From a virus (Duplodnaviria > Heunggongvirae > Uroviricota > Caudoviricetes): 58,606 nucleotides of DNA. Every line of letters starts with the position of its first letter. The stretch's first letter is position 1. The stretch is from IMG/VR virus record IMGVR_UViG_3300031992_000010; one strand, given 5' to 3'. The position numbers were made by a program, and so were the translations under genes. Shown piece after piece: positions 30,562 to 40,734 of this stretch. The notes below the pieces were generated by a model that saw only the letters and a program-made list of their open reading frames with translations, was not told where the DNA came from and made no database searches.

Positions 30562-32031
30562 ATGGCTATTGAAAGTTTAACACAATTGGGTGATAATTTA
30601 AAACAATTAATGGGAAAGGATACCGCCGTGGATTCCAATCCACTTTCATATTCCCATATATTGGAGGACGTAAAACGATTCCGTAACCAAATGGATCGGG
30701 ATTATGTCGGTGCCCAATTTGACGATCCGGGTAGATTTTATTTTAAGGTATTTTTCTATTTTAATAACTCACACCGCGATGATGGTTCGGACTCCAACCT
30801 TTTGGGCGTATCAATGCTTCCGGATCTTGATTGGGATTGGAAATCAAAGGGTTCGGGTAACCAACGTCACCAATATGGCGCAAACGCACCACAGATATGG
30901 AATAGTTATAAGGGATATGGCAACACGGCATTTGGATATTTAATGAACATAGCGCAGGAGGAACGTGCGCAGGAGTTGATGACATTTATATCGTTATTAA
31001 GCAATATATCAAACGAAACCCCGTGGATGATTAAGGAGGTAAGCGGATTGAAGGATGTTTTGACCGGATATTTTCACCCCATGGCCGGATTCAAAATCGA
31101 GGAGGAACCGAAGGTAATTACATTAAAAATGTTACAGGAGCCTTACGATATGAGAATTTCCACCATGTTAAATGCATATCGCGATGCGGTTGTGGATAGA
31201 TATAGGAAATTGGTGGTCATACCGGAGAATCTACGTAAATTTGATATGGGTATATATATTTTCCCGGCGCCTTATTACCACCTGAATCGTATGGAACATA
31301 CCGCAGTTGGTGGTCTTTCCGCATCACAAAACTATTATCGTACCGGTAGTTTATATATTGAATTACACGACTGTGAGTTTGACATCCTTAACGGTTTTGA
31401 GGCCATCGATACCTTATCGAACGAGGAGGGTAATATGTTGGAGTATTCAATAAATATAACGGTAGGTCAGGCATTGTTGACAAATTATAATGAGTTCCTT
31501 GATGCCTGCTTTGGCGACTATTTCCGTGCCGCCCCAAATCCGGAACACTCATTGAATAACGACCAATCGGTAAATACCATATATAATTTCCATAAGGGTA
31601 TATTATCCAAAATGTTCGGCCAATTAATGGAAAAAGGCAAAAGCAAATTAAATAACTTCGTCAAGCGTGTTACACTTGGGAACCTGTATGGTCTATCGCC
31701 AAAGAATGTTTGGGATAACCTCACAAGTGGAAATGTGGGTCTCCAATCCATCGGACAGGTAAAAAAGGTGATGGATAATATGGGTGTCCGCCCGTTGACA
31801 AAAAAAGGTGCGGTCCGTAATTTATATGATAAGGTTGAACAAGGCGCAAATAATGCGATTCGTACCGCCCTCGATTGGGATACAAATAGACGCCGCGGTG
31901 GTAGGACCGGTGGGAAATTATCCGGATATCCGACACCCGATAATGCCGCACAAAATTTATTTGGGTTTTCAGTCGGGCAATCCGAGCCGGAAACAAACCC
32001 ATTAAAAGGTGCAAAATTATCAGGTTATTAA
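30562..32031 (+). CDS. putative virion structural protein (tail-tube/baseplate-like fold?)
   Basis: Operon context and beta-strand segments such as RKFDMGIYIF and LYIELHDCEF. The function is weakly supported. Confidence 0.4.
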   Translation: MAIESLTQLGDNLKQLMGKDTAVDSNPLSYSHILEDVKRFRNQMDRDYVGAQFDDPGRFYFKVFFYFNNSHRDDGSDSNLLGVSMLPDLDWDWKSKGSGNQRHQYGANAPQIWNSYKGYGNTAFGYLMNIAQEERAQELMTFISLLSNISNETPWMIKEVSGLKDVLTGYFHPMAGFKIEEEPKVITLKMLQEPYDMRISTMLNAYRDAVVDRYRKLVVIPENLRKFDMGIYIFPAPYYHLNRMEHTAVGGLSASQNYYRTGSLYIELHDCEFDILNGFEAIDTLSNEEGNMLEYSINITVGQALLTNYNEFLDACFGDYFRAAPNPEHSLNNDQSVNTIYNFHKGILSKMFGQLMEKGKSKLNNFVKRVTLGNLYGLSPKNVWDNLTSGNVGLQSIGQVKKVMDNMGVRPLTKKGAVRNLYDKVEQGANNAIRTALDWDTNRRRGGRTGGKLSGYPTPDNAAQNLFGFSVGQSEPETNPLKGAKLSGY

Positions 32032-32188
32032 AAATGTAATTTTTATTCGTTTTAACAGGAGATTTTTGAACGGATGATGTTTTATATTATTTTATGAAGA
32101 TCTTTCCGTAGGGCTTAAATAAATGGCAAAAAATAAGGTGTTTCGGATTGACCAAAACACCTTCTTTTTTTTATTTGGAAAAAAATGA

Positions 32189-32560
32189 TTAATTTTCCGT
32201 CGGCATAACCTGTAATAATTTGTACACGGCATCACCATTTTGTGTTCCATATTGTCCCGATAGTTGATACATTTTGAAAAAATCGGCCAAGGTGGGGATT
32301 TTTGTAGCCTGTTTAAAGGAATATACGCCCCAATTTTCGGCATTTATAAATTTATCAAAAAGTTCCGGTTGACGAATCATCGAACCGGTAATAACATAAC
32401 CATCCTCGTGTTGAACCATATGGGTATCCGATACGGAACCCCATACGTTATTGTATAGGCGGCAAATTCCGTTGGAACCTGATGATTGTTCCTTAAATGT
32501 ATCCGTTTTATACGGCGATTGTGCTATGCCTTGTTTTAAAAGTTCCGTAAATCTATTCAT
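32189..32560 (-). CDS. hypothetical protein
   Basis: Last gene of the sigma-factor operon. Confidence 0.7.
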   Translation of the reverse strand: MNRFTELLKQGIAQSPYKTDTFKEQSSGSNGICRLYNNVWGSVSDTHMVQHEDGYVITGSMIRQPELFDKFINAENWGVYSFKQATKIPTLADFFKMYQLSGQYGTQNGDAVYKLLQVMPTEN

Positions 32561-32572
32561 AATAATATTTTT

Positions 32573-32824
32573 TTATTTACGTATGCGCATATATGTGGTA
32601 TATTCATCCGCCATATATGTTTCACCAACCTTCAATTTTTTAATTTCCGAAATGGGATCACCATCCCAGTCCATATCGGGATCGAAAAAGTCGGTTATGT
32701 CATCATCACTAAAGAATGACAACATATTGGTTTCAACATTAATCATTAAAAATTTTGAATCCTTATCCAGTTCCTGACCCAATTCCCAATTTGCTGAATT
32801 GATGCCTTCAAAAATATGTCTCAT
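32573..32824 (-). CDS. hypothetical protein with CTS-like leader (MRHIFE-G)
   Basis: 83-aa ORF in the operon. Confidence 0.7.
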   Translation of the reverse strand: MRHIFEGINSANWELGQELDKDSKFLMINVETNMLSFFSDDDITDFFDPDMDWDGDPISEIKKLKVGETYMADEYTTYMRIRK

Positions 32825-32833
32825 ATTAATATA

Positions 32834-33163
32834 TTATTTTTCACCAAATGATTTATTCAACACACCGATCAATTTACCCCAATCACCTTTATCGGCGGCA
32901 TCCTTATTGTCATTTAGAATACCATCGATGGTTTCCTTCATTTGTTTTTCATCCAAATCATCACCGAATACCTCCTTGAATTTATTTTCGGCATAATCAC
33001 GGAATGATTTTTCGTCCTTAATTGATTCCTCCGCCTTATTTGCCTCCTTTTCGGCGTCCTCGGCCTTATCCTCAACCTTATCAATTTTCTTTTCAAGTTC
33101 CTTTATTTTGGCATCATCCGATTCCAAAAGGGATTTTTTTAAACTTTCAACCAAATTCATCAT
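32834..33163 (-). CDS. charged helical protein with CTS-like leader (MMNLVESLKKSLLE-S), possible core/scaffold protein
   Basis: K/E/D-rich coiled coil. Confidence 0.6.
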   Translation of the reverse strand: MMNLVESLKKSLLESDDAKIKELEKKIDKVEDKAEDAEKEANKAEESIKDEKSFRDYAENKFKEVFGDDLDEKQMKETIDGILNDNKDAADKGDWGKLIGVLNKSFGEK

Positions 33164-33165
33164 CT

Positions 33166-34596
33166 TTATATAGTTTTTTTGTATTTTTGATATAATAAAG
33201 TTATTTCGGTAAATTTTTCCATAACATATTCATCCGGTTTTCTTATAAATGATTCCGTTGGATATATATTGGATAAAAATTCCTTAATTATTTTTACATT
33301 CTCCTTATAATTGGCATTCAGATATTCACCATTATTTTCGAGGAATGGATTAATCGTTGTTTCAATACCTTTTGATGCACCCTCAACCGCGCTAAATAAC
33401 ATTTCCGGATTTCTCCAACGGTTGACCTCCTCAAGCATCAAATATACATCGTCATTAAGCAATACCTCATACATTTCCTCGCTCGATTTGTACATATTGT
33501 TTGCCATTAAGGATTCACTATATACATCCAAAAGGTCGCTCAAAATATCCATTAATTCCTCATTGGATTTCATAAAAGGTATGATTTTCTTGGTAACTAT
33601 ATGTGTTACCATGGCCGGTGTCATATTAAACTCGGCGGCAATATCCTTTCCCTTTTCCTGCTTTTCCCCACCAAGTCCGAAATATTTAAGGAATACAATC
33701 ACATCACGTTTAGAAAAATGTTTACCTAACTCATCAAATAAACGGTTCCATTTTTCCTGTTGTTCGGTGGCGCTTATTTTATCGGTAACACCAAGTGATG
33801 CCTGATGGTCCTGTGCATAGTCATCATCCTTACCCATAATACCATCAAGTGATTTCGTTAAATGTGTTGTCTCACCCTTTGTGTATGCATTTCGACGATC
33901 ATTATAACTCATTCGGATTGTGCGTGAGTTATTATATATTTCGGATAGAATGGAGTAGCGGATCATATATGAGGCATATTGTTTAAATGAGGTTGTTCTT
34001 GCCTTTTCGGCGCCTTCCCTGTCCTCCTTATCCTCAACATCATTTGCCTGTACCGGTTTCTTATATGTATTTATTGCCTTTGTCAATCCCTCAAATCCGG
34101 CACTTATAAGTTCCGCCTTATCGAGGTTTTCCTTTCCAATAAATTGATTTACAATCTTATACACCAACTGACCATATTGTTTTACAACGGCCGTACGTCC
34201 ACGCTCGGAATCAAGATCCATCGTCAGGTCATCCATGGCCAATTTTCCGGCCTCCAACTCGGCACGTTCGGCCTTTGACATTTTCATTGGTAATAAACGT
34301 ATGTTTGTACCCAACGATGCAAGAATGGATTTAAGTTCCTGTAAATCCTGAATATTTAGGTTTAATTCGGCGGCCAATTGTTTTAGACGGGAATTATTTG
34401 CGGCCACAATATCATCGACCACAATGTCGCTCGTAATATTATATTTTTGTAATAAATATAATGCCTTTTGTACATCCTCCGGTAGTTTACGGGACATTTT
34501 CTTTGCATAATCCGCTATCTCGTGGGATAATAACGTAACACCATCGGTGCTCGTTCTCATTCTACCTTCGGAAATTATATTGGTGAGTTGTTTCAT
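33166..34596 (-). CDS. phage-encoded sigma-70 family (RpoD-like) sigma factor with N- and C-terminal extensions
   Basis: Region 2: LVYKIV..F...AELISAGFEGLTKAINTY...SFKQYASYMIRYSI...SRTIRM. Region 4 HTH: RDVIVFLKYFGLGG...KDIAAEFNMTPAMVTHI. Confidence 0.85.
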   Translation of the reverse strand: MKQLTNIISEGRMRTSTDGVTLLSHEIADYAKKMSRKLPEDVQKALYLLQKYNITSDIVVDDIVAANNSRLKQLAAELNLNIQDLQELKSILASLGTNIRLLPMKMSKAERAELEAGKLAMDDLTMDLDSERGRTAVVKQYGQLVYKIVNQFIGKENLDKAELISAGFEGLTKAINTYKKPVQANDVEDKEDREGAEKARTTSFKQYASYMIRYSILSEIYNNSRTIRMSYNDRRNAYTKGETTHLTKSLDGIMGKDDDYAQDHQASLGVTDKISATEQQEKWNRLFDELGKHFSKRDVIVFLKYFGLGGEKQEKGKDIAAEFNMTPAMVTHIVTKKIIPFMKSNEELMDILSDLLDVYSESLMANNMYKSSEEMYEVLLNDDVYLMLEEVNRWRNPEMLFSAVEGASKGIETTINPFLENNGEYLNANYKENVKIIKEFLSNIYPTESFIRKPDEYVMEKFTEITLLYQKYKKTI

Positions 34597-34713
34597 CTAA
34601 CGCAATAAATATTTACCTAAAAAATAAAATGTACGGAAGGAAAAATTAAGTTTTTTCCGGAATACCTTAAAAAACATCCCGAAACATTTATTTTTTTCAT
34701 AAATATTGAGGAA

Positions 34714-35172
34714 ATGAACCTAACATTTTTCAGGTATATAAAACTTTCGAGGATGGTTAAACAAATAGTTAAAAACGAAAACCTCCTTGATAACCTTTCA
34801 AAATTATATGGATTCAATTTCAAAATTGATTGGGTTGGTAGAATTTATGCGGTCATTAATCCATTAATAAAAAATGGTGTATTTGATCAGGCCGGGCAAA
34901 TCTATGGTTATGATGAATTGGAAGGCCGCAATACAAAGGATTTTATTAATAATTGGGTAATGTCCCGGTTGGATATTGCGCAGGAGTTTATATTTGAAAA
35001 GGATTTATTTAATATACTCACATATAACCTGACAAAGTTGGATGAAAGTGAAAATTATCTATTGGTGATGTCACCGATTGGTTATGATAATTTTAAGAAA
35101 ACATTAAAATTTTTGACAGGACTTTTTATTGGTATTTTGTTAACAAGTTTATCAATAATTTTATTTATATAA
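34714..35172 (+). CDS. hypothetical membrane protein
   Basis: C-terminal hydrophobic helix FLTGLFIGILLTSLSIILFI. Confidence 0.7.
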   Translation: MNLTFFRYIKLSRMVKQIVKNENLLDNLSKLYGFNFKIDWVGRIYAVINPLIKNGVFDQAGQIYGYDELEGRNTKDFINNWVMSRLDIAQEFIFEKDLFNILTYNLTKLDESENYLLVMSPIGYDNFKKTLKFLTGLFIGILLTSLSIILFI

Positions 35173-35190
35173 CAAATTAAATTTTTTTAT

Positions 35191-35808
35191 ATGGAAAAAC
35201 AAAAGGAAATCAACGAAACGGTTCAGGAGTTGTTCAAACAAATGGACGAGGAGGTAAAGAACTACAAGGAGGAAATCGACAAAATTGACGAGGTATCCGG
35301 ACTTGAGGAAAAGGAACAGGAACTCATTAAGGAAATGGATGCCAATGATGAGTATATAAAAGGTATTAAATACCCATTACAGGAAAGCGTCCAATTTGGC
35401 GGCCGTGTATATAAAAAGGATGAGGTGGCAAAATATATTGTCAACCAATTCAAAAAGTTGGAAATCAATTGGCAAATGACCTTGGGCTACCACCTTTTGA
35501 CCGAATTTTGGAAATCAAATCCATCGGATATTAAATACGGTGAATTGGATACCACTTTGAGAACGTTACAACAATTAAAATTTAAAGGCCCTGATGATTG
35601 GAAGTCAATTTTGGTCATCAATGAATACTTCAAATTTAACCACGAGGATTATACGAAGGACCTTGCAAAATCGATGTTACTTGCCGAGAAACATAATATC
35701 ATCCTTGATAGAATGAAATTAATCAGTAAGAAGGTTGATCCAAATGAGGTTGTACAGGAGGAAATGTTTAACGATGCCATGAAGCAGGCGGAAAAAAATA
35801 ACCAATAA
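35191..35808 (+). CDS. hypothetical protein
   Basis: 205-aa ORF with genome-typical codon usage. Confidence 0.75.
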   Translation: MEKQKEINETVQELFKQMDEEVKNYKEEIDKIDEVSGLEEKEQELIKEMDANDEYIKGIKYPLQESVQFGGRVYKKDEVAKYIVNQFKKLEINWQMTLGYHLLTEFWKSNPSDIKYGELDTTLRTLQQLKFKGPDDWKSILVINEYFKFNHEDYTKDLAKSMLLAEKHNIILDRMKLISKKVDPNEVVQEEMFNDAMKQAEKNNQ

Positions 35809-35809
35809 T

Positions 35810-36040
35810 ATGTTTACGGCAACAGCAAAATATAGAACGGATAATCATACCGAGTTTTACGAATTGGGGGAGGTATTCTCCATTTATGAAGGTGATGATG
35901 AAAAAATGGCCGAATATAAAAGCCAATATCCGGACGCAACGTCCTTTATGGTTGGTGCCAAAATTGCAATACCAATTATGAAGGATATAACCTACGAAAT
36001 TTACAATTCAAAAGGTACCATTATTAAGACCCTTTATTAA
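35810..36040 (+). CDS. small hypothetical protein
   Basis: 76-aa ORF followed by a terminator. Confidence 0.7.
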   Translation: MFTATAKYRTDNHTEFYELGEVFSIYEGDDEKMAEYKSQYPDATSFMVGAKIAIPIMKDITYEIYNSKGTIIKTLY

Positions 36041-36061
36041 AAAATTGTAATACAATTCATT

Positions 36062-36094
36062 AAAGGTGAGGCACAAAAAACCTCACCTTTTTTT
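36062..36094 (+). terminator. intrinsic terminator
   Basis: AAAGGTGAGG-N9-CCTCACCTTT followed by a T run. Confidence 0.8.
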
Positions 36095-36106
36095 ATCCCC
36101 CAACCA

Positions 36107-36135
36107 TTAAATTTGTCCAAAAATCTTTATATATT
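36107..36135 (+). promoter_or_regulatory. TTAAAT-N17-TATATT promoter-like site for nrdD
   Basis: Exact hexamers and spacer. Confidence 0.75.
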
Positions 36136-36176
36136 TATCCCAAAATTTATATTATATTTAAAAACGAAATTTATAT

Positions 36177-38339
36177 ATGAAGGTTAGAAAAAGGAACGGT
36201 AAAATCGAGGATTTCGATGCCGGGAAAATTAGAAACGTACTTGAAAAGGTATTTCGTTCAACCCGACATTCCGCCCCGGTTAGAAATGCGAAGGAGTTAA
36301 CCAAACAGGTAATGGAATCGTTGGAACAAAAATCGAAGGATAAGGAAACAATCCTGCCCATCGATACAATACAGGATGAGATTAGGAACATATTGATGAT
36401 AAATCAATTTTGTGACGAGGCGGAGGAGTTCATTACCTACCGAACCAATAGGGAACATATTAGATTCATAGCCAAACAACAGGATGACTTTATTAAAAAA
36501 TATATGGGTACCCAAACCAACGCGGACGCCACGGTTGATGACAATTCAAACGTCACCACAAAAAATATCGCCACCATGGGTGCCGAAATGTGGAAACCAC
36601 GTAATATAGACGTAAACCGGGAACGTGTGATGAATAAAATCCGGGAAATATGTCCTGATTTTGATGCGAAGGAATATGTCCGAATGTTAAAGGACCATAT
36701 TATATATAAAAATGATGAAAATGGGCAAGGAACAAATCCGCCTTATTGTGTATCAACCTCAATGTATAGATTCCTCATCGATGGCCTGGAGGGTATCGAT
36801 GGTAAGTCGGCAAAACCAACAAACCTTGATAGTTACTGTGGATTATATGTAAATTATATTTTTGCGGTATCCACCCAATTTGCAGGTGCGGTTGCCACAA
36901 GTGAGTTCCTATTATATTTTGATTATTTTGCCCGTAAGGAGTGGGGTGATGATTATTATAAACATACCGATGCCACAATTACAACCGATATATGCAAACA
37001 CCAAAAAACAATCATATACCAAATACACCAACACTACCAACAGGTTGTTTATGGTATAAATCAACCTATGGGTGCGAGAGGTTTTCAATCGGCGTTTGTA
37101 AATTTCTCATATTTTGATAAGGCATTTTTTGATGGAATGTTCGGGTCGTTTATGTTCCCGGATGGAACGAAACCGGAATGGGAATCGCTTTGTTGGCTGC
37201 AAAAGGATTTTATGATGTGGTTTAACGAGGAAAGATTGAAGACGTTGTTGACATTCCCGGTTGAAAGTGTTGCGTTGGTTTACCGCGATGGCGAATGGGC
37301 CGACCCGGATATGTTTAATTTTGTATGCGAGGAATATGCAAGAGGTCATTCATTCTTTACATATATAAGTGATACCGTTGATTCATTAAGTTCCTGCTGC
37401 CGCCTAAAAAATATGGTACAAACGAAGGAATTTAATTTCACAAACGGAAATATGGGTATAATGACCGGTTCAAAATCGGTTATTACCTTGAACCTGAATA
37501 GAATAATTCAAAAGGCACACCTCGAATGGATGAATAAACCGGACGATATTGATTATATGGATTACCTTAAACCATATTTAATTGACATCCTCGAAAAGGT
37601 TTATATTTTCCACGAAGCCTATAACGAAATATTGTGGGATTACTACAATGCCAATATGTTGCCGGTATACAAGGCCGGATTCATTGACCTGAATAAACAA
37701 TACCTGACGATTGGCTTAAATGGATTAAATGAGGCCGCCGAATTTTTAGGAATGGAATGTAGTGATAATAAGGAATATGAGGAATTTTGTCAATTTATAT
37801 TCTCAACCATTAAGGAGCAAAACCAATTACATAAGACCAAAAAGTTGACATTCAATACCGAACAGGTACCGGCCGAGTCGCTTGCCATTAAGAATTATAA
37901 TTGGGATAAGGAGGATGGGTATTGGGTTCCGGAGGATAGAAACCTATACGCCTCATATATTTATATACCAAGTGATAACCAACGTTCCATTTTGGAAAAG
38001 ATACGTATGCACGGCAAAAACTTTATTGGAAACTACCTCGACGGAGGTTCGGCCGCACATTTAAATTTAAGCGAGCACCTTTCCAAAAAACAATATGAAT
38101 ATGTATTAACATACGCCGCCAACGAAGGTTGTCAATATTTAACATTTAATATCCCAAACAGTGAATGCGATGATTGTGGTTTTATAGCAAAACAACCATT
38201 TGAAACCTGCCCTAAATGTGGATCGGCAAACATTACCTGGTGGGATAGGGTTATTGGTTATATGACACCGATAAAATCGTGGTCCACAGGCCGTAAGATT
38301 GAACAAAAGACCCGTATATACGAAACGGTGGATATATAA
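36177..38339 (+). CDS. nrdD: anaerobic ribonucleoside-triphosphate reductase
   Basis: ATP cone (VRKRNG..EDFD..KI), PYCVS, SSCCRL, CxxC...CPKCG and the glycyl-radical motif RVIGY. Confidence 0.95.
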   Translation: MKVRKRNGKIEDFDAGKIRNVLEKVFRSTRHSAPVRNAKELTKQVMESLEQKSKDKETILPIDTIQDEIRNILMINQFCDEAEEFITYRTNREHIRFIAKQQDDFIKKYMGTQTNADATVDDNSNVTTKNIATMGAEMWKPRNIDVNRERVMNKIREICPDFDAKEYVRMLKDHIIYKNDENGQGTNPPYCVSTSMYRFLIDGLEGIDGKSAKPTNLDSYCGLYVNYIFAVSTQFAGAVATSEFLLYFDYFARKEWGDDYYKHTDATITTDICKHQKTIIYQIHQHYQQVVYGINQPMGARGFQSAFVNFSYFDKAFFDGMFGSFMFPDGTKPEWESLCWLQKDFMMWFNEERLKTLLTFPVESVALVYRDGEWADPDMFNFVCEEYARGHSFFTYISDTVDSLSSCCRLKNMVQTKEFNFTNGNMGIMTGSKSVITLNLNRIIQKAHLEWMNKPDDIDYMDYLKPYLIDILEKVYIFHEAYNEILWDYYNANMLPVYKAGFIDLNKQYLTIGLNGLNEAAEFLGMECSDNKEYEEFCQFIFSTIKEQNQLHKTKKLTFNTEQVPAESLAIKNYNWDKEDGYWVPEDRNLYASYIYIPSDNQRSILEKIRMHGKNFIGNYLDGGSAAHLNLSEHLSKKQYEYVLTYAANEGCQYLTFNIPNSECDDCGFIAKQPFETCPKCGSANITWWDRVIGYMTPIKSWSTGRKIEQKTRIYETVDI

Positions 38340-38361
38340 TTAAAAATATTATATAATATTC

Positions 38362-38396
38362 AAAGGTTTGGGAATTAAATTTCCCGAACCTTTTTT
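38362..38396 (+). terminator. intrinsic terminator with TTAAAT loop
   Basis: AAAGGTTTGGGAA-TTAAAT-TTCCCGAACCTTT followed by a T run. Confidence 0.85.
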
Positions 38397-38403
38397 GTAT
38401 ATT
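38375..38403 (+). promoter_or_regulatory. TTAAAT-N17-TATATT promoter-like site overlapping the terminator
   Basis: Exact hexamers and spacer. Confidence 0.7.
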
Positions 38404-38428
38404 ATTATGTAATTAAGAGGATTGTATT

Positions 38429-38782
38429 ATGGATGGAATTTATGAATATTTGATTGGTGGGAAGAAAATCGGTAAAAGAAACGTTCCAGCATTTAATGAA
38501 TTGGAGGTTGGTGATATTTTTTATGTTTACCAATATAAAAAACCCGACGAATGTATTAAACGATATAAAATAAAAAAAATTTACAAGGATGTACATAGTT
38601 CAATGATTGATTTTAAGGTTGATGCGGATATACATTGGTACCTACCATTAATTGAGGCAACAAAAACATTCCATAAAAATATCGATATGCCGGATACAAG
38701 GATTTATTTCGCAACAACGGAGAATGAATTGAAAAAACATATTAAATCCCAAAATATAGAAATAAAGGATATTAATTTATAA
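38429..38782 (+). CDS. hypothetical protein, paralogue of 39480-39878
   Basis: Shared IYEYLIGG.K.G, L.VGDI.Y and Y.ATT.NEL motifs. Confidence 0.75.
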   Translation: MDGIYEYLIGGKKIGKRNVPAFNELEVGDIFYVYQYKKPDECIKRYKIKKIYKDVHSSMIDFKVDADIHWYLPLIEATKTFHKNIDMPDTRIYFATTENELKKHIKSQNIEIKDINL

Positions 38783-38783
38783 A

Positions 38784-39248
38784 ATGTTAAAATATTATAA
38801 TGCATTATTAACATTTCGGGAGGTGCCTAACGAGGTAACATTATGTATTAACATAAGTAATTGCCCGGTACATTGTCCCGATTGTCATTCCAAGTGGCTT
38901 TGGAAGGATGAGGGATATGATTTAACACCAAGTTCGATTGATAAACTTATTGAGGCAAATCCCGGTATAACTTGTGTCGCCATAATGGGGGGCGATCAGG
39001 ATAAGGTATATGTTATGGGTATAGGCCGGTATATCAAAATTCACCATAAACTAAAAACAGCCTGGTATAGTGGCTGTGACCGTCAAATGGTTAGCCCAAA
39101 TTGTTTTGATTTTTATAAATACGGACCGTATATTAATTCCCGGGGAGGACTTGATAATCCTAATACAAATCAGGTTTTTCTTAAATGGAATGGAAAGTTT
39201 TGGGAGGACCAAACACATTTATTTTATAATAAAAAAGGGGTTTTTTAA
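38784..39248 (+). CDS. nrdG: anaerobic RNR activating radical-SAM enzyme
   Basis: FREVPNEVTL.INISNCPVHCPDCHS, MGGD, KYGPY and NTNQ. Confidence 0.9.
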   Translation: MLKYYNALLTFREVPNEVTLCINISNCPVHCPDCHSKWLWKDEGYDLTPSSIDKLIEANPGITCVAIMGGDQDKVYVMGIGRYIKIHHKLKTAWYSGCDRQMVSPNCFDFYKYGPYINSRGGLDNPNTNQVFLKWNGKFWEDQTHLFYNKKGVF

Positions 39249-39257
39249 CCCCCTTTT
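39231..39257. terminator. bidirectional terminator
   Basis: AAAAAAGGGGTT-TTTT-AACCCCCTTTT between convergent genes. Confidence 0.65.
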
Positions 39258-39471
39258 AGTATACGCTTACCTCGTATGAGGTATCGCGTTCATAACTAAC
39301 CAACACCCTTCCGGAACGTCTCATTTTCCCCTTTATGACACCAATATTTGGTGCATATTCATAACTCGTAACGACGTTATCCGGATATTGTTTCCGATAC
39401 CAGGTGCATATATATAATCTCGTTGCGTTTTGTTTCGAGCCGTCAAGTATGGATGATTTTAATGTCCTCAT
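39256..39471 (-). CDS. small hypothetical protein
   Basis: 71-aa ORF starting MRTLKSSILDG. Confidence 0.6.
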   Translation of the reverse strand: MRTLKSSILDGSKQNATRLYICTWYRKQYPDNVVTSYEYAPNIGVIKGKMRRSGRVLVSYERDTSYEVSVY

Positions 39472-39479
39472 ATTTTATG

Positions 39480-39878
39480 TTATTTTTTTGTCAAATCACT
39501 TATTTTTGCGGTTTTAAAAAATTTCACCGGAACTATTTTTTCCAATTCATTGAAAGTTGTTGCACAATATAATTTTAATCCATCATTATCAACCATTTTA
39601 CCCGTGGATGAATGGCCACCTGCAAAATTAAAGGTATTATCATCATCACCCCCATTAAGGGCCACCGTGGTGATGGTCACAATACCATTTGTGATTTTTA
39701 TATTTTTAATGTTTAAAATCATAATTGCATTTACATCGGTTTCAGGTGCCTTATTGAAGGAGGAATCCGCATAAGCCCAATAATATACGATATCCCCAAC
39801 CCCGAGATCCTCCCATTTAGGGGTTTGTCGTATCCCTGTTTTCCTTCCACCTATTAAATATTCATATATATGTTCCAT
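39480..39878 (-). CDS. hypothetical protein, paralogue of 38429-38782
   Basis: Start moved to MEHIYEYLIGG at 39878. Confidence 0.75.
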   Translation of the reverse strand: MEHIYEYLIGGRKTGIRQTPKWEDLGVGDIVYYWAYADSSFNKAPETDVNAIMILNIKNIKITNGIVTITTVALNGGDDDNTFNFAGGHSSTGKMVDNDGLKLYCATTFNELEKIVPVKFFKTAKISDLTKK

Positions 39879-39882
39879 AATA

Positions 39883-40734
39883 TTAAATTGTATTTGGTTG
39901 CATAAGAATTGCCGATCCACGATGGGACTTAACTTCCTCCTTGATGGATTCAAGTTCATTATCGGCCTCATCGTTAAATAATGAGTAATTTATGGTCACA
40001 CCACCTGGATATTTGAATTCAAATGTACCGTAAATTGTTGATAATGACTTCTTTACCAGGCACACTACGTATCTTTGAAAATAATAATTATCATACAGGT
40101 CCTGAATCCTGCAACGAATGAATGTTTGTATTAATATATCACTACCACCAACGGCTCCCAATAATACCAATTTGTGTGAGAATTGGTTAAAGTTGAATGT
40201 TACCGGCGGATTAAGGATTTGATCAAAGGTGTCAATTTCATACATGGTGGCGACGACCTCCGGAAGTGTATATCCATATCCATTCCCCGGTCCTAATCCG
40301 GCACCGATGGCACCAACACCACCAAACATTGAATAAGTGGAAAGCATCATTCTCTCCAATGAAAAATCCCCCATGGCACCATATGCCATCGCCGATTGAC
40401 GTTTATATACACCCCAAACGGCCATAATTTGTTGTGGTAGTTGTACTATTTTATTAAGACCTTGACCTTTTCCAACACCTTTACATATTTCCTTATTTGG
40501 AATGGCGTACATTCTTTCCTCCAAAGACCAGTCATCGTTTTGCCAAAACCAACGGGCGGCCTGCAAAATCAACGCTGGGATGCGCTCCAATGGAACGGCC
40601 ATTGGTAATGCGCAGGATTGGGTTACCTCCTGTGAAATCAATGTCATAAATGCGGTATCAACCTCATTTTGCCACGTTGCATAATTAATATCATTTATAT
40701 TTGCCTTCTCGCCACAACCGCAGGATGGATTCAT
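39883..40734 (-). CDS. neck/head-completion protein (T4 gp13-like)
   Basis: LPQQIMAVWGV, FNFNQFSHKL and YGTFEFKYPGGVTINY resemble the gp13 C-terminus. Start moved to MNPSCG at 40734. Confidence 0.7.
   Translation of the reverse strand: MNPSCGCGEKANINDINYATWQNEVDTAFMTLISQEVTQSCALPMAVPLERIPALILQAARWFWQNDDWSLEERMYAIPNKEICKGVGKGQGLNKIVQLPQQIMAVWGVYKRQSAMAYGAMGDFSLERMMLSTYSMFGGVGAIGAGLGPGNGYGYTLPEVVATMYEIDTFDQILNPPVTFNFNQFSHKLVLLGAVGGSDILIQTFIRCRIQDLYDNYYFQRYVVCLVKKSLSTIYGTFEFKYPGGVTINYSLFNDEADNELESIKEEVKSHRGSAILMQPNTI

Noticed and set aside
34645-34675. Extra promoter copy TTAAGTTTTTTCCGGAA
   Set aside because: It resembles the -35 and spacer of the 62-bp cassette but has no -10 hexamer at 17 nt.
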